Below, in pieces: positions 29,796 to 39,904 of a stretch of DNA of 64,000 nucleotides; within the stretch, counting starts at the first letter, position 1; every line of letters begins with the position of its first letter. A program made the position numbers and the translations under genes. The notes beneath the pieces are model-generated. The model had not been told where the DNA came from. It was given only the letters and a program-made list of their open reading frames with translations, and ran no database searches. Source of the stretch: Candidatus Cloacimonadales bacterium (GTDB taxonomy: Bacteria; Cloacimonadota; Cloacimonadia; Cloacimonadales; JAFGVF01); NCBI GenBank assembly GCA_963662585.1, contig OY759729.1:2400001-2464000 (forward strand). The letters are read 5' to 3'.

Positions 29796-31988
29796 CTATT
29801 TTAGAACAGTTATTTTTCTCATTTCATTCATATTTTTTGAATTCAATTGTAAGAAATAAATTCCTGTTGCTACTGACTGATTTTGACTGTTATAGCCATT
29901 CCAAGTTAAAGTATGGTTTCCTTTAGTAAAATATTCATTAGCAAGAGTTTTAACTAATTGGCCCTTTAAATTATATATTTCAAGGCTCACATTACCAGGT
30001 TCAATATTAGTAAAGTTTATAGTTGTTCCAAGTGATTTTGCTTCACTTATAAGTAGAGGATTGGGATATATTTCTAGGATAGTTGATATTTCAGGAGTAT
30101 CATTAGATACAGCATCTTCCATTATCACATCAACAAGAGTAAATTCACCTAGAGTTATTGTTACAGAGAGTGTAACTGTTTCATAATTTGGATGTGAAAA
30201 TGCTACTTCATAAGTCCCTGGCATATATTCAATAGAATAGTCCCCATTTGTATCAGGAGATGTAGTAAGTTCTTCAATAGTAATTAGTACATCTGCAGGG
30301 TCATAATCACTGCTACTAAGGGTAACATTACCCGCAAAACCTGAAACTAATTCATTGGTTAATTCTATTGTTAAACTTGTATATTCACCAGCAATAATTG
30401 TAACTTCCTCCTCTAGGGATTCATAATATTCATGTGAGAATATAAGAGTATAAGTTCCAGCTGCATAAGTGAATGAGAAATTTCCATCAGTATCTGGAGC
30501 ATATTCATCATCACCAATTGTTATTGTTACCTCTTCAACATTATATGCTTCGTTACTTAGTGAAACTGTTCCCTCTATACCAGATTCAGGAGTAATAAGG
30601 CCAAGCTGACCATTCCAATTAATGTTTTGTGCCATAATTCGAGTTATTTCAGTAACATTTTCCCAGGCAGAAACTATTTGGTTATTATCATCCATTACTA
30701 TATCTGCATGAACTATACTTCCAGCTGATGATTTCATTAAGACATCTTCATTCCAAAGGCTATTTCCTTCACTATCAAATTTAGTAGAATAAAGATAGCT
30801 TGTATTTCCATTAATGGACCTTTCATATACAGATATTAACTCATTGTCATTAAAAAATAATCCTAGGACACTAGTTGAGCCTGTAAGAAGAGGAAGTATG
30901 TTTTCTCCATCATTTCCCCACTGAAGCTCATCATTTTGAAGTTTTTGTCCGTGAATACCTCTTTCATTTTGATTCAGATCAGTAATAACCCAGTTAATAT
31001 ATAGAGCATCATTTTCACTATCATAGGCTAATTTAGGTTCAAAATGTTGGTATGTATTTTGATTTGAAAGATTAAGACCATTGGTGAAAGATACAGCACC
31101 TTCACTACTTACATGCTGAACGAAAGCCTCATAATCGTTGTCCATATCTCTATCATCATGCCATGCTATGTAAAGTCCATTATTAACATCCTTGGTTATT
31201 GATAAAACTTGAGTCCAACTTGAAATACCACCTGCATTAGACAAAACAGCTGGAGAATCCCATAAAGTCTCACCAGAGCTATTAAATTTTTGAGCATAAA
31301 CATGTCTTGTAGGAGACCATGAAGGACCACTGTCTTGGTAATACTTCAAGATAAAGTTTCCATCTTCAACAGCTACTGCTTGTGGCCAAGAATATGATAT
31401 AACACCTTGGGGATCTTCAAGTGTTACTTCATTATCTCCAGTAAGAAGTGTTCCATCTGGTGACAAACATTGGAATGAAGCACAAGCATCACTCATCCAG
31501 GCAACAACTATATTATTATCAGATAGGACTGTGACCTTTGGTGCAGCATTGAAGCCCTCTTGCGAAAGTTCAATACCATCAGCTCCCCAGAGAAATTCTC
31601 CACTATTAGATATTTTATAAACAAATATATCATTGTTGGTATTTCTAATATCTTGGAAAGCTAAGATAGCGTTATTATCGTTATCCACAGTCATATCCCA
31701 ATCTGTTAACCATGTCATTGATTCATGATTACTTATTTCTAAACCAGTTGTTTCCCAGAGGATATTTCCCTCTGCATCTAAGTGTTGAAGATAAACATCA
31801 TATTGCCCACCGAATGAAACAAAGAAACCAACATAAAATGTACCATCAGGTCCATGCTCAATTTTAGGTATCACTTGTTCTGACTCAAAAGTTGAGATTG
31901 CTGTATTAAAGCTTGCATCATTACTCCAAGCACCAAACAAGTTAAAAACTACAGTTAGAAATGTAAAAATTAATATAATCTTTCTCAT
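29796..31988 (-). CDS. Secreted beta-repeat protein with two PEGA/carboxypeptidase-regulatory-like domains and a C-terminal FlgD-Ig/T9SS-like domain
   Basis: Signal peptide; repeated Q.....G..LW motifs; duplicated G.V.LS...D..G.YS...GTY; IYPNP...IYNLKGQLVKTL...WNG...GIYF. Confidence 0.8.
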   Translation of the reverse strand: MRKIILIFTFLTVVFNLFGAWSNDASFNTAISTFESEQVIPKIEHGPDGTFYVGFFVSFGGQYDVYLQHLDAEGNILWETTGLEISNHESMTWLTDWDMTVDNDNNAILAFQDIRNTNNDIFVYKISNSGEFLWGADGIELSQEGFNAAPKVTVLSDNNIVVAWMSDACASFQCLSPDGTLLTGDNEVTLEDPQGVISYSWPQAVAVEDGNFILKYYQDSGPSWSPTRHVYAQKFNSSGETLWDSPAVLSNAGGISSWTQVLSITKDVNNGLYIAWHDDRDMDNDYEAFVQHVSSEGAVSFTNGLNLSNQNTYQHFEPKLAYDSENDALYINWVITDLNQNERGIHGQKLQNDELQWGNDGENILPLLTGSTSVLGLFFNDNELISVYERSINGNTSYLYSTKFDSEGNSLWNEDVLMKSSAGSIVHADIVMDDNNQIVSAWENVTEITRIMAQNINWNGQLGLITPESGIEGTVSLSNEAYNVEEVTITIGDDEYAPDTDGNFSFTYAAGTYTLIFSHEYYESLEEEVTIIAGEYTSLTIELTNELVSGFAGNVTLSSSDYDPADVLITIEELTTSPDTNGDYSIEYMPGTYEVAFSHPNYETVTLSVTITLGEFTLVDVIMEDAVSNDTPEISTILEIYPNPLLISEAKSLGTTINFTNIEPGNVSLEIYNLKGQLVKTLANEYFTKGNHTLTWNGYNSQNQSVATGIYFLQLNSKNMNEMRKITVLK

Positions 31989-32399
31989 AATTACTCCTTA
32001 AATATTATTTTATATGTTTAATTTGAGCAAGATATTCTTTTATTGATAAAGCCTGCAGTCAAAAACTATCAGGAATTACTATTGCGTTAAATTATGATTC
32101 TTTAATAAATTAACAAAGACCTTAGTCTTCTTTTACTTAAAACCAATTCTATCAATTTTCTTTCAATATTCATTTGATTTCTTAAGTTTATTGTTAACTT
32201 CTTTTTAACATATAATAAGTACTTCATTAATTTGAGTTTGTTGTCAAGTGCTTTTTTTTTACGATTTATTGATTTATGTTTTTCTAAGTTTGAACCTAGC
32301 TTTTATTTTATTCTTGGATAGGACTTAAATTGTTTAATAGAAAAAATAAATACTAAATAAGGAGAAGAGAAATCTTTTTAGACACAATGCTAAAAGTAA

Positions 32400-32510
32400 A
32401 CACAAGCTCTAAAGAGGGACATTTTTATGGTTTTGGTGTCGCTCCTTTGGAGCTTGTTATTATTTTGTGATTCTCATTCTACAAAGCTGTAACTCCCCTG
32501 GAACTCAAAG
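32400..32510 (-). repeat. REP-like module D cluster
   Basis: Reverse complement contains gagttccaggggagttac...tttgtagaa and agctccaaaggagcgac, like gctccataggagctaactccttgtagaa at 19254. Confidence 0.6.
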
Positions 32511-32671
32511 AATCGATAGTGTATCGTATGTAAATCTTTGAATTCTTCATAATTAAAGGAGGTAATTTTGCTTATGGATATTCAAGAATATGATATATAA
32601 ATGAATCTATCCAGGTTACTTCTATACTTAAGATGAACTTGAACATTGTTTTACAAGGGTTGGAGTAGAGC

Positions 32672-34183
32672 TTAGCTTGATTTTAATTTTCTAATAATTT
32701 CTTGTATCCTATCATCATCACCCTTTAAGTCAATAGCTTTTTGATAAGATTCAATAGCTTTTTTGGTGTTACCGATAAGCTTATATCCTTCTCCAAGGCT
32801 GTCCCAGGCATTCCAAGATTGAGGAAAATATTCACAGATAAGTTGAAATATATTTATGGCAATTTCTTTATTACCCATTTGTAAGTTTTTATAAGCAAGA
32901 AGGTTTAAATCTCTTTCTTTAAAATAGGATAAGTCAGAGTCATTTTCTTTAGCTTGTAAAATTATTAGTTTTGCTTCTTCAATATTTTCAACTAGAAGCT
33001 TCATGAATTCTTTTTTTGTTGGAGGAAGTTCAAGTCCTAAGTCTGAATTATCTGCAAGAATAAAATCATCAGGGATATTATCATTACTTAAAATCTTATC
33101 TTTAGCACTTTGAAAATCATCTTTCCCTTTTAAACAATCGTTGCAGAAGGCAAGAATAAGTTTTAATGTAAGCTCATAAGCTAAATCTCTTCCTCTCCTA
33201 TTTTTTATTTGATTTTCAGAAAAGCAATGAGCTTGAAGAACATACTGGGAAGTAAAGGCATTATGAGGAATATCTTTGAATCTAATTTGATGTCTTTTTG
33301 AATAAATCAAATTATTATAAAAGTCGCTTGTTCTATTTGCTAAAAAAGGTCCATCAATTTCTAAATATTTCAAATCTCTAACAGCGAAATCTGGTCTTAT
33401 GGGTTGATGATGTTCTTCTAAACTTTGAGGATTTGTATATTCATTATGAAGTCCTATCATTCCCTTAACAGCTAAGTTTTCTTGAGCAAAAATTACATTA
33501 GAAAAAGCCCCCAAGCAGAAACCAATTACTACTACTTCATCACTATTGGCATTTTCAAGATTATTGAGGTAACCATATAGATATCTAATATCATTAATAT
33601 TAGTTCTTAAACCTATATCATCGAATTCCATTTCTCTCGCCGAAAAGCCTGCTGAGGGAGAAGCTATTACTAAGAATCCATAGCTTGCTAATAATTCGCA
33701 CATCAAGAAATTTTCACTTGCTATTTCATTACCACCAGGACTATAGATCACAACTGGAAAAGCTTCAGATATAGCCTTAGCATTTTCCATTGCCAAGGAC
33801 CTTCTCAAAAAAACTTTATCGAAATTTTCTGCACTTACTCCTGCTTTTAGATACTTTTCTTTAAGTTCTTTAATAAAATTTTCTTTGCTTTCAGATGAAG
33901 TAAAATTAGTTTCAAACTTTGAGATATATTGATAATCAATAAAGCTCATCTTCTCCTTAATCGTATCATCTGTTGGGTACCATAAATTTATTTGCATGGG
34001 TCTATAAGCTATAGATTGCTCTTGCTCAGGATATGTTCTTGAATAGTCATAAGTCTCAATATGCTTGTAACCAACCCTGTATTGTCCAGTAGTTAATTCT
34101 CCCCATATATCGCTTTCTAAATATGTAGCACCCAAAGGTAGCATGGTCATTGCTATTAAACTAATTATTAGTAATAAATTCAT
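32672..34183 (-). CDS. Secreted alpha/beta hydrolase (Cys nucleophile) with C-terminal TPR
   Basis: Signal peptide; G.YRVG, INLWYP, FPVVIYSPG, LASYGFLV, GFCLG; PQSWNAWDSLGEGY. Confidence 0.8.
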   Translation of the reverse strand: MNLLLIISLIAMTMLPLGATYLESDIWGELTTGQYRVGYKHIETYDYSRTYPEQEQSIAYRPMQINLWYPTDDTIKEKMSFIDYQYISKFETNFTSSESKENFIKELKEKYLKAGVSAENFDKVFLRRSLAMENAKAISEAFPVVIYSPGGNEIASENFLMCELLASYGFLVIASPSAGFSAREMEFDDIGLRTNINDIRYLYGYLNNLENANSDEVVVIGFCLGAFSNVIFAQENLAVKGMIGLHNEYTNPQSLEEHHQPIRPDFAVRDLKYLEIDGPFLANRTSDFYNNLIYSKRHQIRFKDIPHNAFTSQYVLQAHCFSENQIKNRRGRDLAYELTLKLILAFCNDCLKGKDDFQSAKDKILSNDNIPDDFILADNSDLGLELPPTKKEFMKLLVENIEEAKLIILQAKENDSDLSYFKERDLNLLAYKNLQMGNKEIAINIFQLICEYFPQSWNAWDSLGEGYKLIGNTKKAIESYQKAIDLKGDDDRIQEIIRKLKSS

Positions 34184-34198
34184 TATTATCTCCTTAGG

Positions 34199-35596
34199 TT
34201 ATTTATAATGCAAGAATTTTGTAATTTTATATCCAGAATCTGTAGAAATTTTGAAGAAGTATAGACCATTACTAAGATTTAACTCCTTGGTTGAAAGCCT
34301 GAATTCTTTTGTTTTCCTAAATACTGAAATTTGTTTTATCTTTTGCCCCTTAATATTATAAAGATCAATCTTAGATATTTCTTCTTCCTTACCAAATTTG
34401 ATATTGATATTATTTTGGGTAGGATTAGGATAAACAAGTATGTCAGATAAGTTCTGAACTTCATTATAAACATTGCTAACTATGCTGTTATTCAACCACA
34501 AAGTTAAAGGATTGGAAATAGCATCAGCATTTAGAACATCACAACCAACAAAAAAGTCAATATCACTATCATTATCAAAATCTCCTACAGCGATTGGCCA
34601 TGCCCCCCATTGATAAGAAGCTAAAAGATGTCTGTTAAAATCCCCATTATTCTGAATCCAATAATAAATCTTGCAAGAAGACCAGGCTGTAGCGATTAAG
34701 TCAACTTGATTATCATTATTCAAGAAAGCAGGTTCAACAGTTACAGCACCATTTATACTATTTGAGACCAAATGCTTAACCCAACTTTGGCTTGTTTGTC
34801 CATCATTTTCCCACCATGAAATTTCATCAGAAGTGAAAGCTGCTCCTATTACATCAGGTAAATTATCATTATTGATATCTGCAATACTAACCCAATGGGC
34901 TCTAACAAAGCTTGTAGAATGCTCTTGTTTCTGCCATGTAATTTCATCTGTACCTGAATTATACCAGATCGATATTTCATTATTATCCATTGATGCTCCA
35001 ATAACATCTAAAAAAGTATCACCATTCATATCATAGACACTTATTGCTTGACAGCCTGGAAAATCATTTGTAACTTCATTTTGAATCCACAGGTTGTTAA
35101 CTTTCTTCCACCAGAGAATTTTACCTAATCCTGCTGCTGCACAAACAATATCCATATTTCCATCTGAGTCAATATCTTCTGCAATTACCCTATGTGCCCC
35201 TGTTATATTGTTAGCAATATCCTCTCTTTCGAAATATAGAGTTTCTTCAAAAAAATTAGTGTAGAAAATGCTTACAAGCCCATTAATAGGTGAAGAAGCG
35301 ATAACATCTGGATAATTATCACCATTCATATCTTCTGCATATAGATATTGTGGGTCAAAATCGGTTGCTACAATATGCTCAATGGGATTATTCCAATCTC
35401 CAGTATTTTCAAATAGAATTATCTCATTTGTAGAATTTCTTGATACAAGAATATCTAAATCTTCATCTAAATCAAAATTTATCACAGCTAAGCCAGGATT
35501 ATCTTGACCAGGTAGTTCGATATTAAAAGGTGAAAAATCTATAGAAAATAGATTGTTTATGAAACAAATAGCGATGATAATTAGTATCTTTGGCAT
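34199..35596 (-). CDS. Secreted FG-GAP/VCBS-repeat protein with T9SS-type C-terminal domain
   Basis: About seven DxDxDxxxD repeats; VYPNP...YNIKGQ...NGLYF. Confidence 0.85.
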   Translation of the reverse strand: MPKILIIIAICFINNLFSIDFSPFNIELPGQDNPGLAVINFDLDEDLDILVSRNSTNEIILFENTGDWNNPIEHIVATDFDPQYLYAEDMNGDNYPDVIASSPINGLVSIFYTNFFEETLYFEREDIANNITGAHRVIAEDIDSDGNMDIVCAAAGLGKILWWKKVNNLWIQNEVTNDFPGCQAISVYDMNGDTFLDVIGASMDNNEISIWYNSGTDEITWQKQEHSTSFVRAHWVSIADINNDNLPDVIGAAFTSDEISWWENDGQTSQSWVKHLVSNSINGAVTVEPAFLNNDNQVDLIATAWSSCKIYYWIQNNGDFNRHLLASYQWGAWPIAVGDFDNDSDIDFFVGCDVLNADAISNPLTLWLNNSIVSNVYNEVQNLSDILVYPNPTQNNINIKFGKEEEISKIDLYNIKGQKIKQISVFRKTKEFRLSTKELNLSNGLYFFKISTDSGYKITKFLHYK

Positions 35597-35624
35597 TCTT
35601 ATCTCCTTTGTAAAATATTTCGGG

Positions 35625-36458
35625 TTAACAGATAAAATGATTTATTCTTTGCATATCTATTCCAATATAGAATTTTATTCTAAGTCTTTTTAATTCTTCT
35701 CCTATTTCTTTTTTGCTCATTTCTGAATGAAGTAACTGACCAACTTTAGCAAAAAGTAATTCACCTACATTAGCATTATAAGTTATTACTGAAAGATATG
35801 GGTCGTTACTCCACAGTGATTTATATAAAGTGTCATCTTTATCATTCATTAAAGAAATAATAAATTCTTCACCATCCACAAATATTTCTAACCAGTTATA
35901 ATGTTGACTCATAAAAATAGCTGTTGAATTACCTTGAGCAAGAATATCTATGTTTTCTACATTAGGAGCAGGATTAAAAGTCTCAATTATAACATTTACT
36001 CCCCTTTCACTAGCCTTGGATAATTCTTCTATAACTTCTTTCCTCTGTAATTGAGCACACATTACAATAATGTTTTTTTGGGCATTTTTAATGATTTCTA
36101 TCGAGCGTGAATACATCTGACTAATGTTCTCAATAGCAAAAACTCCAGTCATTCTCTCTATTTTGGATATCTTTTTTACCTTTTCTTCAACCTTTTTTTT
36201 GCTTTCAAGAAATTCGCTTTCTCGCCAATCAAGATATGTTTTTATCTCCGTAGGATAATACTCAACTGCTTTTGATGCCTCATTCCGAAACACCATGCCT
36301 TTTTGAAGCATTACTTCTAAAGCTTTATAAATTTGTGGTTTAGTTTTTTTTAAAATTTTGGATATCTTGTAAGCAGATATGCCTCCTTCCTTCAAGAGTA
36401 TAATATAAATATCAGCTTCGATTTCTTTAAATCCAACTTTAAGTAAATTATCTTTCAT
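35625..36458 (-). CDS. TrmB-family transcriptional regulator
   Basis: LLKVGFKEIEADIYIILL...SAYKISK...QIYKALEVMLQKG HTH plus effector domain. Confidence 0.85.
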   Translation of the reverse strand: MKDNLLKVGFKEIEADIYIILLKEGGISAYKISKILKKTKPQIYKALEVMLQKGMVFRNEASKAVEYYPTEIKTYLDWRESEFLESKKKVEEKVKKISKIERMTGVFAIENISQMYSRSIEIIKNAQKNIIVMCAQLQRKEVIEELSKASERGVNVIIETFNPAPNVENIDILAQGNSTAIFMSQHYNWLEIFVDGEEFIISLMNDKDDTLYKSLWSNDPYLSVITYNANVGELLFAKVGQLLHSEMSKKEIGEELKRLRIKFYIGIDMQRINHFIC

Positions 36459-36472
36459 AAATACCTCTTTTT

Positions 36473-36505
36473 TTTATTAGTAGTATTTTTTATACTACTA
36501 ATAAA
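36473..36505. promoter_or_regulatory. Perfect 14-5-14 inverted repeat, likely TrmB operator
   Basis: tttattagtagtat-ttttt-atactactaataaa between the minus-strand -35 (TTGACA, 36509-36514) and the RBS. Confidence 0.7.
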
Positions 36506-36532
36506 TTATGTCAAGGATTTTATAAAATATTT

Positions 36533-38110
36533 CTGGCATACCCCCATTATTTTTATAAGAAATTGATCCGTAGTTGTAGCTTGTCATGATATTCCCCCTT
36601 GTGCGGTATAATTTTATTCAATTTAGTGTTATTAAATATGTGCTTTATGATTCTACTCAGTTTGTAATAGACATAGGTATGATTCTTATAATTAGTGCTA
36701 CCGAACTCAGGGAATTGATATAAAAGTTCTTCCAGATATTTTATTGTAGAATAAACTATATCTACTGCCACCATTAATATAACATTAATATTTTTCAATC
36801 CTACATAACTCATCAGCTGAACTTTTTCCCAATTAAACTCCTGCTTGATATGTCTATGGAACTCTTCGATTTTCCATCTTTTTCTGTATCCTTTAACAGC
36901 TTTTAATATTATTTCATAGTCTGTCATTGTGCTATCATTAAAGTTACATAGAAAATAAAACAAGCCTCCTTTTTTACCATGCCTTACAACAACTAAGTTT
37001 GCTTCAACTATATCTGGATGCTTACGTTTATGTGGATTAATTCTTATTTTCACTCTCTTTGTTCCGCAATTAAAAGTTTTATTATCAGATGTTTTAAACT
37101 CATGTTTAAGTTTAATTTGTCTTACTACTGATGAAAAGCTAACTTCGGTATTATCCTCAATAAAAGATCTCTTACCTGTACTTCTAATTATATAGTTATT
37201 TTCATTATTTGAAAGTAAAGTTATTAACTTACGGCTATCATAACCTCTATCAAACACAAAAACACCTTTATTATTACTGTGAATAGTAATATCTATAATT
37301 CTATCTTCAAGTATATTCTTAGAAGTATCTTCTTCTATAATATTACTATATAATTGACTGCATATTGGGAGTATTGAATAGTTCTTACCATTATCTGTTA
37401 GTGATGCAATATTAAGTAAATGATAACCTTTCGCTCTTTGTCCGGTAGAACCATCTCTAACTCTTGATAGTCCTTCTAACTTATTTGATTCTGGCTTCAA
37501 TATATCTGATTCATCAACTATAAAATATGTGTCATTGGTAGCTTTTGCACTGTTGTATTTTAACAAATTTTCACTTACCACTTTTCCAATTTTCTCATTC
37601 TTTAGGTTTCTATATAATCTCTCACATACTTTATCTAAACTAATTTTTTCATGTAAACTTGTTGCTATTTGTCGAACAATAACCGAGCTACTTGAAATGA
37701 CTCCTTTCGTTATATCTTTCAAGGCTTTATGCTCAGGAATAGTTAAGCCTTCTGAATATTTTTTTACTCTTTTTGAAAATTTACCTTGTAATTTTATTAT
37801 ATTCTGTTTTTTTAAATCCATTGTTAAAGTGCTCCTTTAGAAATTATTTGGTAGATAATCTAATTGTATTTAGGAGCACTTTTTTTGCAAGGATTATTTT
37901 TCTTATTTTATTATCTATCAATTAGTTATACTATTTCTAAAAGTGTCTTAATATTAGCCTTGTTTGCAAGCTTTCTCGTAATTTTAATAGAAAAGTTTAA
38001 GTTTATTCGTAATACCTATAAATCAATCTTTTTAGACAATTTTTATATCTAACTTACTATAAAACTGAAAGTTCATTATATTATATCAAAGTTTTTTGGG
38101 GGTATGCCTG
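36533..38110 (-). mobile_element. Complete IS4-like insertion sequence, 1578 bp
   Basis: Terminal IRs ctggcataccccca / caggcataccccca (13/14). Flanking direct repeat ttttataaaatattt at 36518-36532 and 38111-38125. Confidence 0.92.
36553..37821 (-). CDS. DDE transposase (IS4-like)
   Basis: IVDESD, VFDRGYD, YRKRWKIEEFHRHIKQ (YREK-type signature). Confidence 0.92.
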   Translation of the reverse strand: MDLKKQNIIKLQGKFSKRVKKYSEGLTIPEHKALKDITKGVISSSSVIVRQIATSLHEKISLDKVCERLYRNLKNEKIGKVVSENLLKYNSAKATNDTYFIVDESDILKPESNKLEGLSRVRDGSTGQRAKGYHLLNIASLTDNGKNYSILPICSQLYSNIIEEDTSKNILEDRIIDITIHSNNKGVFVFDRGYDSRKLITLLSNNENNYIIRSTGKRSFIEDNTEVSFSSVVRQIKLKHEFKTSDNKTFNCGTKRVKIRINPHKRKHPDIVEANLVVVRHGKKGGLFYFLCNFNDSTMTDYEIILKAVKGYRKRWKIEEFHRHIKQEFNWEKVQLMSYVGLKNINVILMVAVDIVYSTIKYLEELLYQFPEFGSTNYKNHTYVYYKLSRIIKHIFNNTKLNKIIPHKGEYHDKLQLRINFL

Positions 38111-38183
38111 TTTTATAAAATATTTTTTACTAATAGATTACTGGAGACAAGGTTAGGAGAAGGCTTTCCCTTATAAAATAAAC

Positions 38184-38220
38184 AAAGCACCTAAGAATAT
38201 TCTTAGGTGCTCAGCAATAT
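38184..38220. terminator. Terminator after enoyl-CoA hydratase; copy of 29748-29784
   Basis: aaagcacctaagaa-t-attcttaggtgct. Confidence 0.85.
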
Positions 38221-38303
38221 ATTATGATATTTTGATACTATTTTCAGTAAATAACTTATTATCTTCAGCTAGCACAGGCGTTTAATATATTAAAAGTACT
38301 ATC

Positions 38304-39080
38304 TTATTTCAATTTCCAGCTTGGTTTTCGTTTAGCTTTGAAAGCTTTGATACCCTCATTTGCATCTTCAGTTGTGCACAGACTAGCAAAAGCTTCATTC
38401 ATATATTTAAATGATTTCTCATAATCTAAGTTTTCAGAAGCATAGAAGGAGCTTTTAGCAATCTGTAAAGCAATCGGACTCTTCTGTGCCAGCTTTTCAA
38501 CCCATGCTAAAGTCTCATTTTCTAAATCAGCATCTGGAACAACTCTGTTGATTAAACCAATTCTAAGAGCTTCATCAGCTTTAATTAGGTCACCAAAGAG
38601 AAGTAATTCAAGAGCTTTTTTTCTTCCAACTGATTTACTTACTGGAACAACTGGACCAATGCAATTTAAACCAACATTAACAGCCGTAAGTCCAACTTTA
38701 GCTTTATCAGAGAAAATCGCTAAGTCCGCAGCAGCAACTAATCCTGCTCCATTTGCAGCAGCAACACCTTGAACTTGAGCAACAACAGGCTTTTTGATTT
38801 TACTAATTGTTACTAAAGGTTGCTCCATTTGTTCGATCCATTCTTTGTATTCGACAACATTCTTGCCAGCAAACTCATTCAAATCAATTCCTGCACAAAA
38901 GTGCTTTCCGGCACCTTTTAACAAGATTACTCTCACTTGGTCATTTTTATCGAATTCTAAAAGAGCATTATTAAGTTCAATTGCTAGTTGTGTATTAAAA
39001 GTATTTAGTTCATTAGGTCGGTTTAGAGTAATTTTACCTATAAAGTTTTCAATCTCTACAATAATTTCAGAATAATTCAT
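38304..39080 (-). CDS. Enoyl-CoA hydratase/isomerase family
   Basis: ITLNRP..LN, FCAGIDL, KPVVAQVQG, GLINRVV, EGIKAF. Confidence 0.92.
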   Translation of the reverse strand: MNYSEIIVEIENFIGKITLNRPNELNTFNTQLAIELNNALLEFDKNDQVRVILLKGAGKHFCAGIDLNEFAGKNVVEYKEWIEQMEQPLVTISKIKKPVVAQVQGVAAANGAGLVAAADLAIFSDKAKVGLTAVNVGLNCIGPVVPVSKSVGRKKALELLLFGDLIKADEALRIGLINRVVPDADLENETLAWVEKLAQKSPIALQIAKSSFYASENLDYEKSFKYMNEAFASLCTTEDANEGIKAFKAKRKPSWKLK

Positions 39081-39375
39081 TTTCCCTTCCTTTTTTTGTA
39101 TGATTAATCTATCAGGCATGGAAGCCTGAGATCAAAATAAGTTAGCTGATTATAATTTATTCAGGGAAGAGTGTTTTGTCAAACTTAAAATTATGAATAG
39201 GATATTTTAATTAATTAATGTGGTATTGATTGTACCAGTTTAAACTTCCATTGACAGATTGGCAATAATATTACTAGTATTGTTACTGAAAATAAAGAAT
39301 GGACACTGGGAACTTTCACACTAATTAACGCAAATTAAAAGGAATTTTCACGAATGTAGGGGCGTATTGCCATAC

Positions 39376-39792
39376 GCCTTCTTGAAAAGTCCCATAACAC
39401 AGAGTTAAGATGAGTTTTGAGAAGTTTTCACAGAGTTTTAGAAAAGTTTTGAGAATGTGATAAGATCTCTTCTGTCGGGAGGTGGACATTTTGTCCGCCT
39501 CATTGTAAAACAATGATAATCCCAGCGGGATGCCATATAATAGGGAGTGTTCGCAAGACACTCCTAAAGTCACAACAAAAAAATAGCCCTACAGGGGCGA
39601 CATACACCTAAAAAGTTAAATGAAAAGACATAGAGGAATGCAAATACTTTCACACTATTAACGCAAATTAAAAGGAATTTTCATGAATGTAGGGGCAAAA
39701 CACTTTTTGCCTTCTAAAAACTGGATAATGACCTCTTTAATCCTAAAATAATATCACCAAGGGATTAAATAGATTAGCCCTGTAAGGGTTTA
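39376..39792 (+). repeat. 417-bp direct repeat of 42083-42500, composed of REP-like modules
   Basis: Over 90% identity by eye along the full length, one indel. Confidence 0.93.
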
Positions 39793-39904
39793 ATAGAGAA
39801 AATAATAATTCAAAATTGGGTAAATTATTTAGGAGTCTCCTAGGCACGATTCTGTGAGAGGGATGGTGCTAAGGCACCACCCAACTCGATTTATCATACG
39901 AAGT

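Noticed and set aside
39325..39573. 82-aa minus-strand ORF
   Set aside because: Lies wholly within REP-like repeats and has no recognisable motif.
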